The position numbers were made by a program, and so were the translations under genes. From Candidatus Poseidoniales archaeon (GTDB lineage Archaea; Thermoplasmatota; Poseidoniia; Poseidoniales; Poseidoniaceae), in contig JAYNJV010000003.1 of the NCBI GenBank assembly GCA_038110525.1, forward strand, positions 7,644 through 71,643: 64,000 nt of DNA. Reading direction: 5' to 3'. Of this stretch, positions 55,352-64,000 are shown one piece after another. Under the pieces are notes generated by a model that was not told the DNA's origin, made no database searches, and saw only the letters and a program-made list of their open reading frames with translations. The number at the start of each line of letters is the position of its first letter. Position 1 is the stretch's first letter.

Positions 55352-56443
55352 TTAAGGCGATTCAGTTTTTTTATGCACTTCAAACAACTTTTTTCTTGCA
55401 TGTTTGTATTCCTCTGGCATGGTTTCAGGTGCCCTTTTTAACTCTTCAAAATCTGTCTGTAACTGGTCGCAAATGGTTTCAAATTCTCGTAGGATATTGA
55501 TGGAGCCTTGGTGAATTGCTTCGAGTTCGACAACTTTGTAACAACCAATGGCTACAGTGCCATCGTAATTGATGGTTTCAATAAAAATTTCAATCTGAGG
55601 TCCTGAGCGTAATGGTTTTTCTTCAGAATCAATGTAAAATTTTTCAAAAAATCCATCGTTATTGCGTTTCGATTCGTTCATGAGCGTGCCCAATTTTCGT
55701 TGCTCAGCATAAATCCCTGTAACATCTTTGAACTCATCAGAAACGTTGTCGTGCAACATCGTTTCGATTCGGAAAGCCAACAAGGCCGAAGGGTCACAAA
55801 GTGACGAAACCTCTTGGGCAGGGAAACCTGAACGACCGACCAACAGCGTAAATCCATGTAGAGGGGGTGGGATGAAATGCTCACGTGAGCCCTTTGGTGT
55901 TTCCCTTTGCAAACCGAGCGTGTGGCGTCGAGAACGAATGTTGAGCATGGTGTACAAAGACCGAGGGACGACATACCCATCAATTTCCCCTCGACTTCTC
56001 ATATCTTCAATAACCAACCACCTTTGACGCTCATCCATATGAGTTTGAGCGATGACTTCACTCGATGTTCGAATGTTTGCATCATTTCGAACTCTCAAAA
56101 ATTGCCGACGTAGTAATTCTGAATCACAAATAATGACTGGGTCTTTCACCAATCGATCAGGATTGTCATTACTGACCAAAACCCATGTAGGTTCCCTCCT
56201 TGGTAAAATGCCTATTAACGAGAAACGAGGGTCTTCAACAGATTTCCACTCCCATGGACTCATGGCGATAAGGTCACCCGTCCCAGAATCCAAGACCTCG
56301 ATGGCGTCATTTAATGAAGGCAATTGGCGCAACAATAGATTGAGATGTTGTCCTTTTGAGTCTACGGTTTGTTCGATGTGTCGGCGAACGCCGTCGCCTT
56401 TGGATGCTGTCGTAAAAATGACAACCCTATCATTCTCCTGCAT
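55352..56443 (-). CDS. Porphobilinogen deaminase (HemC)-fold protein, catalytic residues absent
   Basis: LDSGTGDLIA, ILPRREPTWVLVS, SELLRRQ, GEIDGYVV, FIPPPLHG, TGIYA align with HemC segments. Confidence 0.65.
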   Translation of the reverse strand: MQENDRVVIFTTASKGDGVRRHIEQTVDSKGQHLNLLLRQLPSLNDAIEVLDSGTGDLIAMSPWEWKSVEDPRFSLIGILPRREPTWVLVSNDNPDRLVKDPVIICDSELLRRQFLRVRNDANIRTSSEVIAQTHMDERQRWLVIEDMRSRGEIDGYVVPRSLYTMLNIRSRRHTLGLQRETPKGSREHFIPPPLHGFTLLVGRSGFPAQEVSSLCDPSALLAFRIETMLHDNVSDEFKDVTGIYAEQRKLGTLMNESKRNNDGFFEKFYIDSEEKPLRSGPQIEIFIETINYDGTVAIGCYKVVELEAIHQGSINILREFETICDQLQTDFEELKRAPETMPEEYKHARKKLFEVHKKTESP

Positions 56444-56524
56444 AGCAGCCACCCGGCGGATGCGAACACCCGCAAACCTTGGCGAATAACGACCGCTTAA
56501 GAAGTCGACGCATGTCCATTGGGT

Positions 56525-57505
56525 ATGGGCGAGGATTCGGGCCACCAGCGAAGACTTGCGTCATTCCAACAACAAATCAACACACTGCTTGAAGCGCATG
56601 TTGACGGCCAAATTGCTCAAGGCGCAGGCGAAGTGGCTGTTGAATCCAAAAGAGTCCTAATGGCTGGCGGAAAACGACTCCGACCAGTCCTGATGATGAT
56701 GGCATACGAAGCCTGTGGGGGAACAAATCAAGAGGACATCATTCCCCTTGCTTTGGCGTTTGAACTGATTCATACCGCTACACTGGTTCACGATGACATC
56801 TACGATGATGCTGTGCAACGTCGAGGAGTTAAGACAATTCACGCTTCCAAAGGACTTGCCAAGGGCGTGATTGCGGGAGATTGGTTGTTCGTTCAAGGAT
56901 TTGGTCTTGGTGGAAAATATGAGTCTGAAATCGTGGAACTTGTATCAGAGTATTGTTCACAAATTGCACAGTCAGAATTCCTTCAACTCGATCGAGTCAT
57001 GGACCTAAAAACATCCCCAGAGGATTACTTGAGTATTGTTATTGGAAAAACTGCAGGCCCATTTGCCGCAGGTTGTAAAGCAGCGGCAATTCTGGCAAAT
57101 TGCTCTATAGAACAGCAACGATCAATGCAAGATTTTGGTAGAGAACTTGGTATTGCCTTCCAACTCGTCGATGATTTACTCGATATTCGAGGTGATGAGC
57201 GTATGGGGAAGCCACGAGGTGCTGATATTTACGAGGGAAAAATGACCTTGCCTTTGATTCATTCTCTTACATTATCACACGGTCAAAGAAGAGAACGTCT
57301 TGCCTATCTCATCGAAAACTTTGCAGACAACTATTTTGATGAACTCATCGAATTACTCAATGCAAGTGATAGTTTGAATTACACTGAAATTCTCATCGAC
57401 AATCATATCGAACGAGCAAGAGAGTCATTATTCACTCTGCCACAAAATGGTGCCACTCAACTTATGCTTTGGTTAACTGAATTTATGCAACACAGAGAGG
57501 TATGA
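56525..57505 (+). CDS. trans-Polyprenyl diphosphate synthase
   Basis: GGKRLRP, FARM HDDIYD..RRG, GKTA, SARM FQLVDDLLD, GK. Confidence 0.93.
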   Translation: MGEDSGHQRRLASFQQQINTLLEAHVDGQIAQGAGEVAVESKRVLMAGGKRLRPVLMMMAYEACGGTNQEDIIPLALAFELIHTATLVHDDIYDDAVQRRGVKTIHASKGLAKGVIAGDWLFVQGFGLGGKYESEIVELVSEYCSQIAQSEFLQLDRVMDLKTSPEDYLSIVIGKTAGPFAAGCKAAAILANCSIEQQRSMQDFGRELGIAFQLVDDLLDIRGDERMGKPRGADIYEGKMTLPLIHSLTLSHGQRRERLAYLIENFADNYFDELIELLNASDSLNYTEILIDNHIERARESLFTLPQNGATQLMLWLTEFMQHREV

Positions 57506-58653
57506 CCGTGGTTCAACGCCCAGTTATTCATCATGAGGTGATCGTTGTTGGTGCTGGGCCTGCTGGTTCAGCGTGTGCACAGAAACTTGCAGAATGTGGA
57601 CTTGACGTACTTGTTTTAGAGAGAAGAAAAATTATCGGTAATCCTGCACAATGTGGTGAATGTATCCCGAACTGGGGCGAAGTTGTTCAAACATTTTCAA
57701 ACATTGAAAACGATGAATGGCTTCAACAATACTTCGATTTTCCACAATGGCTCCAACTTCATCGTTTGGATTTTATGCGGGTGTTCCTGCCGTCAGGAAA
57801 ATCATACGGTTTTGAATTGGATGCATTCGCAGGACATCGCCTTCATTTTGATGGATATCTTGCTGAAAAAGCCATAAAAGCTGGTGCGAATATTCAAACA
57901 GATACTGCTGTGACAAATATGATTCACCAATCTTCAAAAAACCGTGACCTAATTATCACAAAGAATGCAAAGTACTCCTTTGATTATCTTGTGGATGCAA
58001 GCGGTTCCCTCGCTCATATGATGAGATTAAAACATGGAAAAAATCCTCAATTCCGTCCAGGTGACCAAGTTCCCACTGCCTATGCACAAGTACATGGTGA
58101 TGTTCCTGAAACATTTGATGTGTTCATCGGTTCAGTTGCCCCGTCTGGTTATGCTTGGATTATTCCCAAGGGTCCTAACTTTGCGAATGTTGGTATCGGT
58201 GCTCGGGCTGGAAAACTTCGACATCCTGTCAAAAAACACCTCATCGATTTTTGTGCTGACTTGAATTTGGAAATTCTCTCCATCGGCGGTGGCTGGATTC
58301 CAATGGGCGGGCCCGTACCTACGATGGTATCGGGCAATATTCTCGCCATCGGCGATGCTGCTGGTCTCGTCATGCCGAGCAATGGCGGAGGCATTTCACA
58401 AGCCATTATCTCTGGATATTTCGCAGCACAAAGTATTCAAGAACATATTTTGCACAATACACCTCTGGAATCGTATCAAAAGAAAGTTGAAGATTCAATG
58501 GGTAGGGCCCTCAAAAATTCATTGAGGACAAAAAACATGGGTTATACATTCCTAAGAGGTGATGTCATGACCGAACTTGTACTACGGACTTTGGGGCCTA
58601 TTGGAGGAATTAAAAGAGCAATGGAGTGCGACAAACCTCTGTTCTTGCTTTAA
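57502..58653 (+). CDS. Geranylgeranyl reductase family flavoprotein
   Basis: VGAGPAGS, CGE, PSGYAWIIP, GDAAG..PSNGGGI. Confidence 0.9.
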   Translation: MTVVQRPVIHHEVIVVGAGPAGSACAQKLAECGLDVLVLERRKIIGNPAQCGECIPNWGEVVQTFSNIENDEWLQQYFDFPQWLQLHRLDFMRVFLPSGKSYGFELDAFAGHRLHFDGYLAEKAIKAGANIQTDTAVTNMIHQSSKNRDLIITKNAKYSFDYLVDASGSLAHMMRLKHGKNPQFRPGDQVPTAYAQVHGDVPETFDVFIGSVAPSGYAWIIPKGPNFANVGIGARAGKLRHPVKKHLIDFCADLNLEILSIGGGWIPMGGPVPTMVSGNILAIGDAAGLVMPSNGGGISQAIISGYFAAQSIQEHILHNTPLESYQKKVEDSMGRALKNSLRTKNMGYTFLRGDVMTELVLRTLGPIGGIKRAMECDKPLFLL

Positions 58654-58713
58654 CATTCAGTTCACCGCATATTCAAGCGATTGCTTGAAGTCCTTCGGCG
58701 ATTACGCTTTCAC

Positions 58714-59202
58714 ATGGGCAGGGCATATCGTGATGAAGATGCCGTTAGCCCAGTTATTGCAACTGTTCTCCTCCTTGCCATCACAGTGATGCTTTCGAGC
58801 ATGGTGTTTGTGATGATGCAGGGTGCATTAACGGCCACGGACAAAGCTCCGCCTCAAGCAACCGTTAGCGTTCGTGCTCTCGACAACGGGTTTCACGTCG
58901 TGCGTATTACTTCCCTTGACCAAAGTATTGACCCAATGCGACTTCAATACACTTTGGCTCCAATTAACACCTCAACTGGCGATACTTTTGATGGAAGAAT
59001 AGGTGATGCTGATGTCTACGGCGTCATTGGAACGAACATTTCTTTCCAAGACCGTGATGCAGGCTATTCAGTATCTCAAGGCGATTATATTGTCATCGAT
59101 TCACAAAGCATCGGCTCAACCGACGGTAAATGGCAATTCACTCTGGTTGACCTCACATCGAATGCGGTTATTGTCCGTGTCACCCTCCCAGCAATGGTTT
59201 GA
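58714..59202 (+). CDS. Archaeal type IV pilin (class III signal peptide)
   Basis: RDEDA|VSPVIATVLLLAITVMLSSMVFV; TTGAAG box 29 nt upstream of the ATG. Confidence 0.88.
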   Translation: MGRAYRDEDAVSPVIATVLLLAITVMLSSMVFVMMQGALTATDKAPPQATVSVRALDNGFHVVRITSLDQSIDPMRLQYTLAPINTSTGDTFDGRIGDADVYGVIGTNISFQDRDAGYSVSQGDYIVIDSQSIGSTDGKWQFTLVDLTSNAVIVRVTLPAMV

Positions 59203-60201
59203 TTATCCACCGATGAAAGACATCTCGGGCTTTTTCAAAGCGTCTGTGTCGTTCGTTCGTTTCTCAGAGTATCGATCTTTTCTCTTCAACCAAATGTTTG
59301 AAAAGAAATCCTGAACTTCTTCGGGATGATGGCGAATGACTTCCTTAATATCATGAAATTGTTCTGAGAAAAGACAGGTATACAAACGCCCATTTGCCGA
59401 GACCCTTATCCTCCCGCACGTTGAACAAAATGGATTTGATACCGATTCAATGCATCCAAAGGTGTATCCATCGGCAAGTTTCCAACGTCGTGCTACAGCC
59501 GAAGTATGATGCTCTATGCTCTGAAGAAGGCCGTACTCTGATGAAATGATGTCTCGAATTTCTTTCCCGGTCACAACCTCGTCAATATTCCATTGATTTG
59601 TTTGACCAACATCCATAAATTCGATGAATCGTATTTCAACATTCATTGACTTCATTGTTTTGAGGAGTGGTACAATTTGATGTTCATTTACACCTTTCCG
59701 AACCACTGTATTCACTTTTACTGGAACGTCTAACGATTTGCAAAGTTGAATACCTTCCAAAACATCTGAAGGGGAGAAAAGGTCGGAATCAGCCATGGTT
59801 TGAAAGACATCATTGTCAAGAGCATCGAGGCTCACGGTCACTCTCGAGAGGCCATGCTCAACAAACCTTGGTAAAGCCTGTTTCAAGAGCACACCGTTGG
59901 TTGTTATGGCAATATCCAAATCTTTGGAAAGAGCACGTAGTAAACCGACCAAATGATGTGCATCTTTTCTAAGGAAAGGCTCTCCGCCCGTAAGTCGAAC
60001 CTTTTTCAGACCAAAGGGTAAAAGTTGACTCACGAGGAATTCTAATTCCTCAAAACTCAATAATTCGTTTCGAGGTAAAAATTTGTAATCATGACCGTAT
60101 ACCGACCTCGGCATGCAATACGTGCATCGAAAATTGCATCGGTCTGTGAGTGAAATTCGAATATCTTCGAGCGGGCGATGAAGCATATCGAAGACGGACA
60201 T
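59203..60201 (-). CDS. moaA: GTP 3',8-cyclase MoaA
   Basis: RISLTDRCNFRCTYCMP, RLTGGEP, TTNG, RFIEFM, FCSTCGRIR..LYTCLF, C-terminal MSFIGG. Confidence 0.95.
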   Translation of the reverse strand: MSVFDMLHRPLEDIRISLTDRCNFRCTYCMPRSVYGHDYKFLPRNELLSFEELEFLVSQLLPFGLKKVRLTGGEPFLRKDAHHLVGLLRALSKDLDIAITTNGVLLKQALPRFVEHGLSRVTVSLDALDNDVFQTMADSDLFSPSDVLEGIQLCKSLDVPVKVNTVVRKGVNEHQIVPLLKTMKSMNVEIRFIEFMDVGQTNQWNIDEVVTGKEIRDIISSEYGLLQSIEHHTSAVARRWKLADGYTFGCIESVSNPFCSTCGRIRVSANGRLYTCLFSEQFHDIKEVIRHHPEEVQDFFSNIWLKRKDRYSEKRTNDTDALKKPEMSFIGG

Positions 60202-60259
60202 ACCACCTCGAGGCGTTTATCTCATTTCAAGTTAAAGAGCAAGGGTTCTTGACGATGAG

Positions 60260-61648
60260 ATGATTGAGAAACACATGGCCGAAGGATGGAAACGTCGTTG
60301 GAAACCTTCGGGAAAAAAAAGCAAATTAAGCCTCATTCCAATTTTAGAAGTACACCCTTTTAGGCCAACCTCTATCATCAAATGGGAACTTCCAGTTTCC
60401 AAAAGTCACGCCATTCGATATTTGATATTGGCAGCACAATCGAATGATGTTGTATCATTTTCAAATATGAAAAATGCTGGAGAAGATATTGTAGCCATGA
60501 AAGATTGTTTGGCTCAGCTCGGTGTCAAAATTGAAGAAGCCGATGACGCGTGGATTGTTCATGGGGTCGGCCCCAATGGCTTTCATCCATCGAGAACTGT
60601 ACTCAATGCTCGAAATTCAGGCGTTACGTTTCGTTGCATCGTTGCCTTGTCATCTCGAATCGACGGAGTTTCAATGGTGGATGGAGATGCAAGTCTCCGA
60701 AAAAGGCCACATGGTGAATTGATTAAGTCCCTTGAACAGATGAATATTGAGGTATCCTTTGGAACCAAAGAAGAATCATTGCCTCTTCTATTTCAGGGAA
60801 ATCCACATACTATTGACAAGTTATACGTTGATGGCTCAAGAACAAGTCAACCAATTACTGCATGGATTTGTGCATCTCCTGGTTTTGAACATGGACTTAC
60901 CATTCAAACCCAAGGAGATTTGGTGTCCACACGGCATAGCGAACTCTCAATTGAACTCGCAAAGGAACATAGTGCCGACATCGAACAAAATGGCAACCAA
61001 ATCATAATTCAACCATGGACGCCATCGTTCAAAGACGATTCATCGTCCATCAAAATTCCTTCAGATGCCTCGATGATAAGTTTTGCAATGCTTGCCGGAA
61101 AAGCTCTAAATGCCACGATTCAAGTTGAAAATCTACCTTCCAAAGAACAAAGCATTGGGCATGAAATTTTATCAGATGTTGCTTCCCAATTAGGAATTGA
61201 CATCGATGCAGGCCGAATCACGAATTGTGTATCAACCGAATTTGCACATATTGACCTAAGGGATGCCAATGACCTCATCACTCCACTTTCTGCAATCCTT
61301 GCATTATCATCAGGAGGTAAAATTTCGTCAATTAGCCATGCTGCTTACAAGGAAAGCAATAGAATTGATTCGACGATACGGCTGCTTCACCAGTTTGGCT
61401 TGAAATCGACGTTCATTGACAATGCACTTGAAGTCGAAGGTCAACAACAACTTACCACTCCAACTGATGTCGTAAAAACCTACGGAGACCACAGAATTCA
61501 GATGACGGCCACGATTCTCGCCCTTGCTTGCGATGGAAAAGTCATGGTTGAGGGTAGTTCGTTGCATACTGTTGCAGATCCGGATGCTGTGAATCGATTC
61601 ATACAGGCAGGAGCCCAAATTACAACATCGTTGCACAACCCCAATTAA
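60260..61648 (+). CDS. aroA: 3-phosphoshikimate 1-carboxyvinyltransferase (EPSP synthase), divergent
   Basis: PVSKS, NSGVTFR, DASLRKRP, TSQ, KESNRI, YGDHRI. Confidence 0.85.
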   Translation: MIEKHMAEGWKRRWKPSGKKSKLSLIPILEVHPFRPTSIIKWELPVSKSHAIRYLILAAQSNDVVSFSNMKNAGEDIVAMKDCLAQLGVKIEEADDAWIVHGVGPNGFHPSRTVLNARNSGVTFRCIVALSSRIDGVSMVDGDASLRKRPHGELIKSLEQMNIEVSFGTKEESLPLLFQGNPHTIDKLYVDGSRTSQPITAWICASPGFEHGLTIQTQGDLVSTRHSELSIELAKEHSADIEQNGNQIIIQPWTPSFKDDSSSIKIPSDASMISFAMLAGKALNATIQVENLPSKEQSIGHEILSDVASQLGIDIDAGRITNCVSTEFAHIDLRDANDLITPLSAILALSSGGKISSISHAAYKESNRIDSTIRLLHQFGLKSTFIDNALEVEGQQQLTTPTDVVKTYGDHRIQMTATILALACDGKVMVEGSSLHTVADPDAVNRFIQAGAQITTSLHNPN

Positions 61649-61649
61649 A

Positions 61650-63656
61650 TCAACCATGTCGACCAAAATGGTGGTCTAAGGCATCAATGGAAAGCTTAAG
61701 TGATGTAGGGCGACCATGAACACAAGCCCATGGATTCGGTATTCTCTTCATATCTTCTAACAATCGTCTCATCTCCGGCAAAGACAATGGTTCATTGGCC
61801 TTTACAGCACCTCTGCATGCTTGCAAGAAGGCGATATGGTCTTTCAAATTTTCAATGGTTGGAATTGTTGTGGCATCCTCAGATAAATCATTGAGTATAT
61901 CGATAAACATTTCATCAAACCTTTCACCTGAAATTGCCATTGGATACGCAAGAACGCTCCAGACACCTCCTTCATGAGAAAATTCAAATCCAATCGCCTT
62001 CAATGTATCTAAATTCGCTTCCAAATATGCCTGTTGTCTCGCAGTGAGTTGTATTTCTTTTGCGACAATGCGGTGTTGCATTTCCCAATCTTGGTCAAGA
62101 TACCGAATTCTTTCGTATCGAATTCGTTCATGGAGTGCGTGCTGGTCAATGAGAAGGAGGTCGTTTTCAGATTGAACAAGGATGTATGACTGGGCGAATT
62201 GTGCAAGTGGCTCCATTGAAGGTAATTCATTCAAATCACCAGCCAATACTGGCTCACCTTGCGGCGAAATGCTATCATCGATTGAACCGTACCGGTGGAG
62301 TTCCCTCTCCTTCGAAGATAGCGGAGGTGATACAAATTTCTCATCTGTGGCTGCGAGTGTAGTTTGAGAGAGTGGAGAAGTGGATATCGGTCGCGGAATT
62401 GGTTGACTCGATTCAATCTGCTTCGAAATTTCACCCTGTAAATTCAATTGTTGACCTGCTGATTGTACCCAGGCAGGAGGTGCAGGCTTTTCAACAACTG
62501 AAGGAGATATTGGAATTCCAGCTGCTTGATTGAGGGATGGTTGGAAAGAAGAATGCTTTGATGTGTCTTCAATTCTATGTTTAGGTAGAGTTGTGATGTG
62601 ATCCAAGCCTGGAAGAGAGGCAGAGGCATCCGGTAAGGTTGGTATTTCAAGCAATGTATGTGCAATTGCACGCTCAAGACGCTCCAAAATTCTCCAAGAA
62701 TTTCTCAACCTCACTTCCCGTTTTGTGGGATGAACATTGACGTCCACATCACTGGGTAAACATTCAAGATGCAATACGGCGATTGGATGTCTGCCTTGCA
62801 TTAATCGGGTCTTGTATCCTTTCCGAATGGAGTTCAAAAATGGTGTTGAAGCTATCGGCCTTCCATTGATAAGGACATGAATTTCATCACCTTTACCTCG
62901 TGTGATTTCTGGTGTGCTAATGTATCCTGACCAGCGTTCGGCTCCAGGTATGTCTTCATCTTCTGATGGTGTTACGAGTGGAACCATTTCACTTGCTTGG
63001 GCACCCAAAATGTCATACAATCGGTCTTGACCATCTTCATTTCGAGGAATATTGAGTAAGGTTCTTCCATCGCTATTCAATACAAATCCTATGTTTGGGT
63101 TTGCCAACGCATGTCCCACGACTGCGTCAATGATTTTAGCAACCTCGGATTGAGGCCGTTTCTGAAACGCAAGTCGTGCTGGAGTGTTTGAAAATAAATC
63201 TCTGACGATCACGCTCGTACCATTCGGCATACCTTTTGGTTGAATATCTCCAATCGTTCCGTATGACATTGTCATCATCGCTCCTTCAGCCCCTTCTTTT
63301 CGTGAAGCAAGTTCCATTTCTGAAACCATACCAATACTCGCTAATGCTTCTCCTCGAAATCCAAGAGAAAAAATAGCCTCAAGGTCAGTATGTTGTTGAA
63401 GTTTTGAAGTCGCATGACGTTGAAAGGCAACTCCTAAATCTTCATAATGGATTCCAATTCCATTGTCAATTATCTCTATAGAAGCAAATCCTCCATTCTG
63501 GATGTTGACCGTTATCATCGAACTCTTTGCGTCAATACTGTTTTCAAGCAACTCTTTGACAACCTGTGCGGGTCGTTCAACCACTTCTCCCGCTGCAATG
63601 TGTCCAATGGTTTCCTCGTCGAGTTGGATAATTCTCGCATCACTCAGATGAACCAC
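61650..63656 (-). CDS. mutL: DNA mismatch repair endonuclease MutL
   Basis: IAAGEVVERP..VKELLENSIDA, RHATSK, GFRGEALASI, VDVNVHPTKREV, DQHALHER, ACR, CVHGRP; start near 63647-63656, not 63977. Confidence 0.96.
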   Translation of the reverse strand: MVHLSDARIIQLDEETIGHIAAGEVVERPAQVVKELLENSIDAKSSMITVNIQNGGFASIEIIDNGIGIHYEDLGVAFQRHATSKLQQHTDLEAIFSLGFRGEALASIGMVSEMELASRKEGAEGAMMTMSYGTIGDIQPKGMPNGTSVIVRDLFSNTPARLAFQKRPQSEVAKIIDAVVGHALANPNIGFVLNSDGRTLLNIPRNEDGQDRLYDILGAQASEMVPLVTPSEDEDIPGAERWSGYISTPEITRGKGDEIHVLINGRPIASTPFLNSIRKGYKTRLMQGRHPIAVLHLECLPSDVDVNVHPTKREVRLRNSWRILERLERAIAHTLLEIPTLPDASASLPGLDHITTLPKHRIEDTSKHSSFQPSLNQAAGIPISPSVVEKPAPPAWVQSAGQQLNLQGEISKQIESSQPIPRPISTSPLSQTTLAATDEKFVSPPLSSKERELHRYGSIDDSISPQGEPVLAGDLNELPSMEPLAQFAQSYILVQSENDLLLIDQHALHERIRYERIRYLDQDWEMQHRIVAKEIQLTARQQAYLEANLDTLKAIGFEFSHEGGVWSVLAYPMAISGERFDEMFIDILNDLSEDATTIPTIENLKDHIAFLQACRGAVKANEPLSLPEMRRLLEDMKRIPNPWACVHGRPTSLKLSIDALDHHFGRHG

Positions 63657-63999
63657 CTCCAAGTTGATTTGAAATGTCATACAAGATTTGCAGAGCTTCA
63701 AGAGGAGAAAGTTTCTCGACATTGAGGGATTGCAGTCGGTCAATAATCTCTTGATTCGGTGAAGGAACCTCGATTGCTTCTTTTGTTTGTGTGTAAATCC
63801 CAAACAGACTTTTCTGAAGGTGATCTCTTGATGCAGGGGCATATTTTTCTCCAGCTCTTGCGCCCGACGCTTGCTGTTCGAGGAACTTGAGGACGTCGAG
63901 AGAACGCTCAACGACATGTTGAGGAACACCAGCCAATGCAGCCACTTGAATTCCGTATGAATCATCACATGGTCCATCGGCTACCGTATGAAGAAATTC
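63640..63999 (-). CDS. mutS: DNA mismatch repair protein MutS, C-terminal part (truncated by window edge)
   Basis: GPCDDSYGIQVAALAGVPQHVVERS..L..LE and L..LNVEKLSPLEALQIL; immediately upstream of mutL. Confidence 0.9.
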   Translation of the reverse strand, partial: EFLHTVADGPCDDSYGIQVAALAGVPQHVVERSLDVLKFLEQQASGARAGEKYAPASRDHLQKSLFGIYTQTKEAIEVPSPNQEIIDRLQSLNVEKLSPLEALQILYDISNQLGGGSSE

Positions 64000-64000
64000 T

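Noticed and set aside
63657..63977. ~107-aa N-terminal extension of MutL in the ORF track
   Set aside because: It is an alternative frame of the mutS 3' end; MutL homology begins near 63640

Overview
Gene-dense, moderately AT-rich archaeal chromosome segment with about 55 CDS. I found no rRNA, tRNA, CRISPR array or mobile element. Archaeal informational genes (aTrm56, class I LysRS, aIF-2beta, aRF1, Hel308, RPA, Cgi121-like) sit beside bacterial-type genes (gyrB/gyrA, mutS/mutL, folB, ppiC, moaA) and secreted M28 and PKD-domain proteases. This mix best fits Marine Group II Euryarchaeota (Ca. Poseidoniales, Thermoplasmatota); the taxonomy is an inference. The most interesting candidates are: (1) a minimal Tad/type IV pilus-like operon led by a small protein resembling a phage tail-tube/Mu DNA-circularisation N-terminal domain, between the rpa operon and a triple-SAP protein; (2) membrane-anchored nucleic-acid-binding domains (a TM-Smr-TM protein and a SAP-TM-M28 peptidase); (3) a Hel308 insertion carrying a BRC/RadA-type GFxxA motif; (4) a HemC-fold protein lacking the catalytic residues; (5) a Tmk fused to a probable winged helix; (6) two architecture patterns, convergent genes whose stop codons abut exactly and a TT(A/G)AAG-type TATA variant about 28-31 nt before start codons. 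All family assignments come from motif recognition by eye, not database searches.
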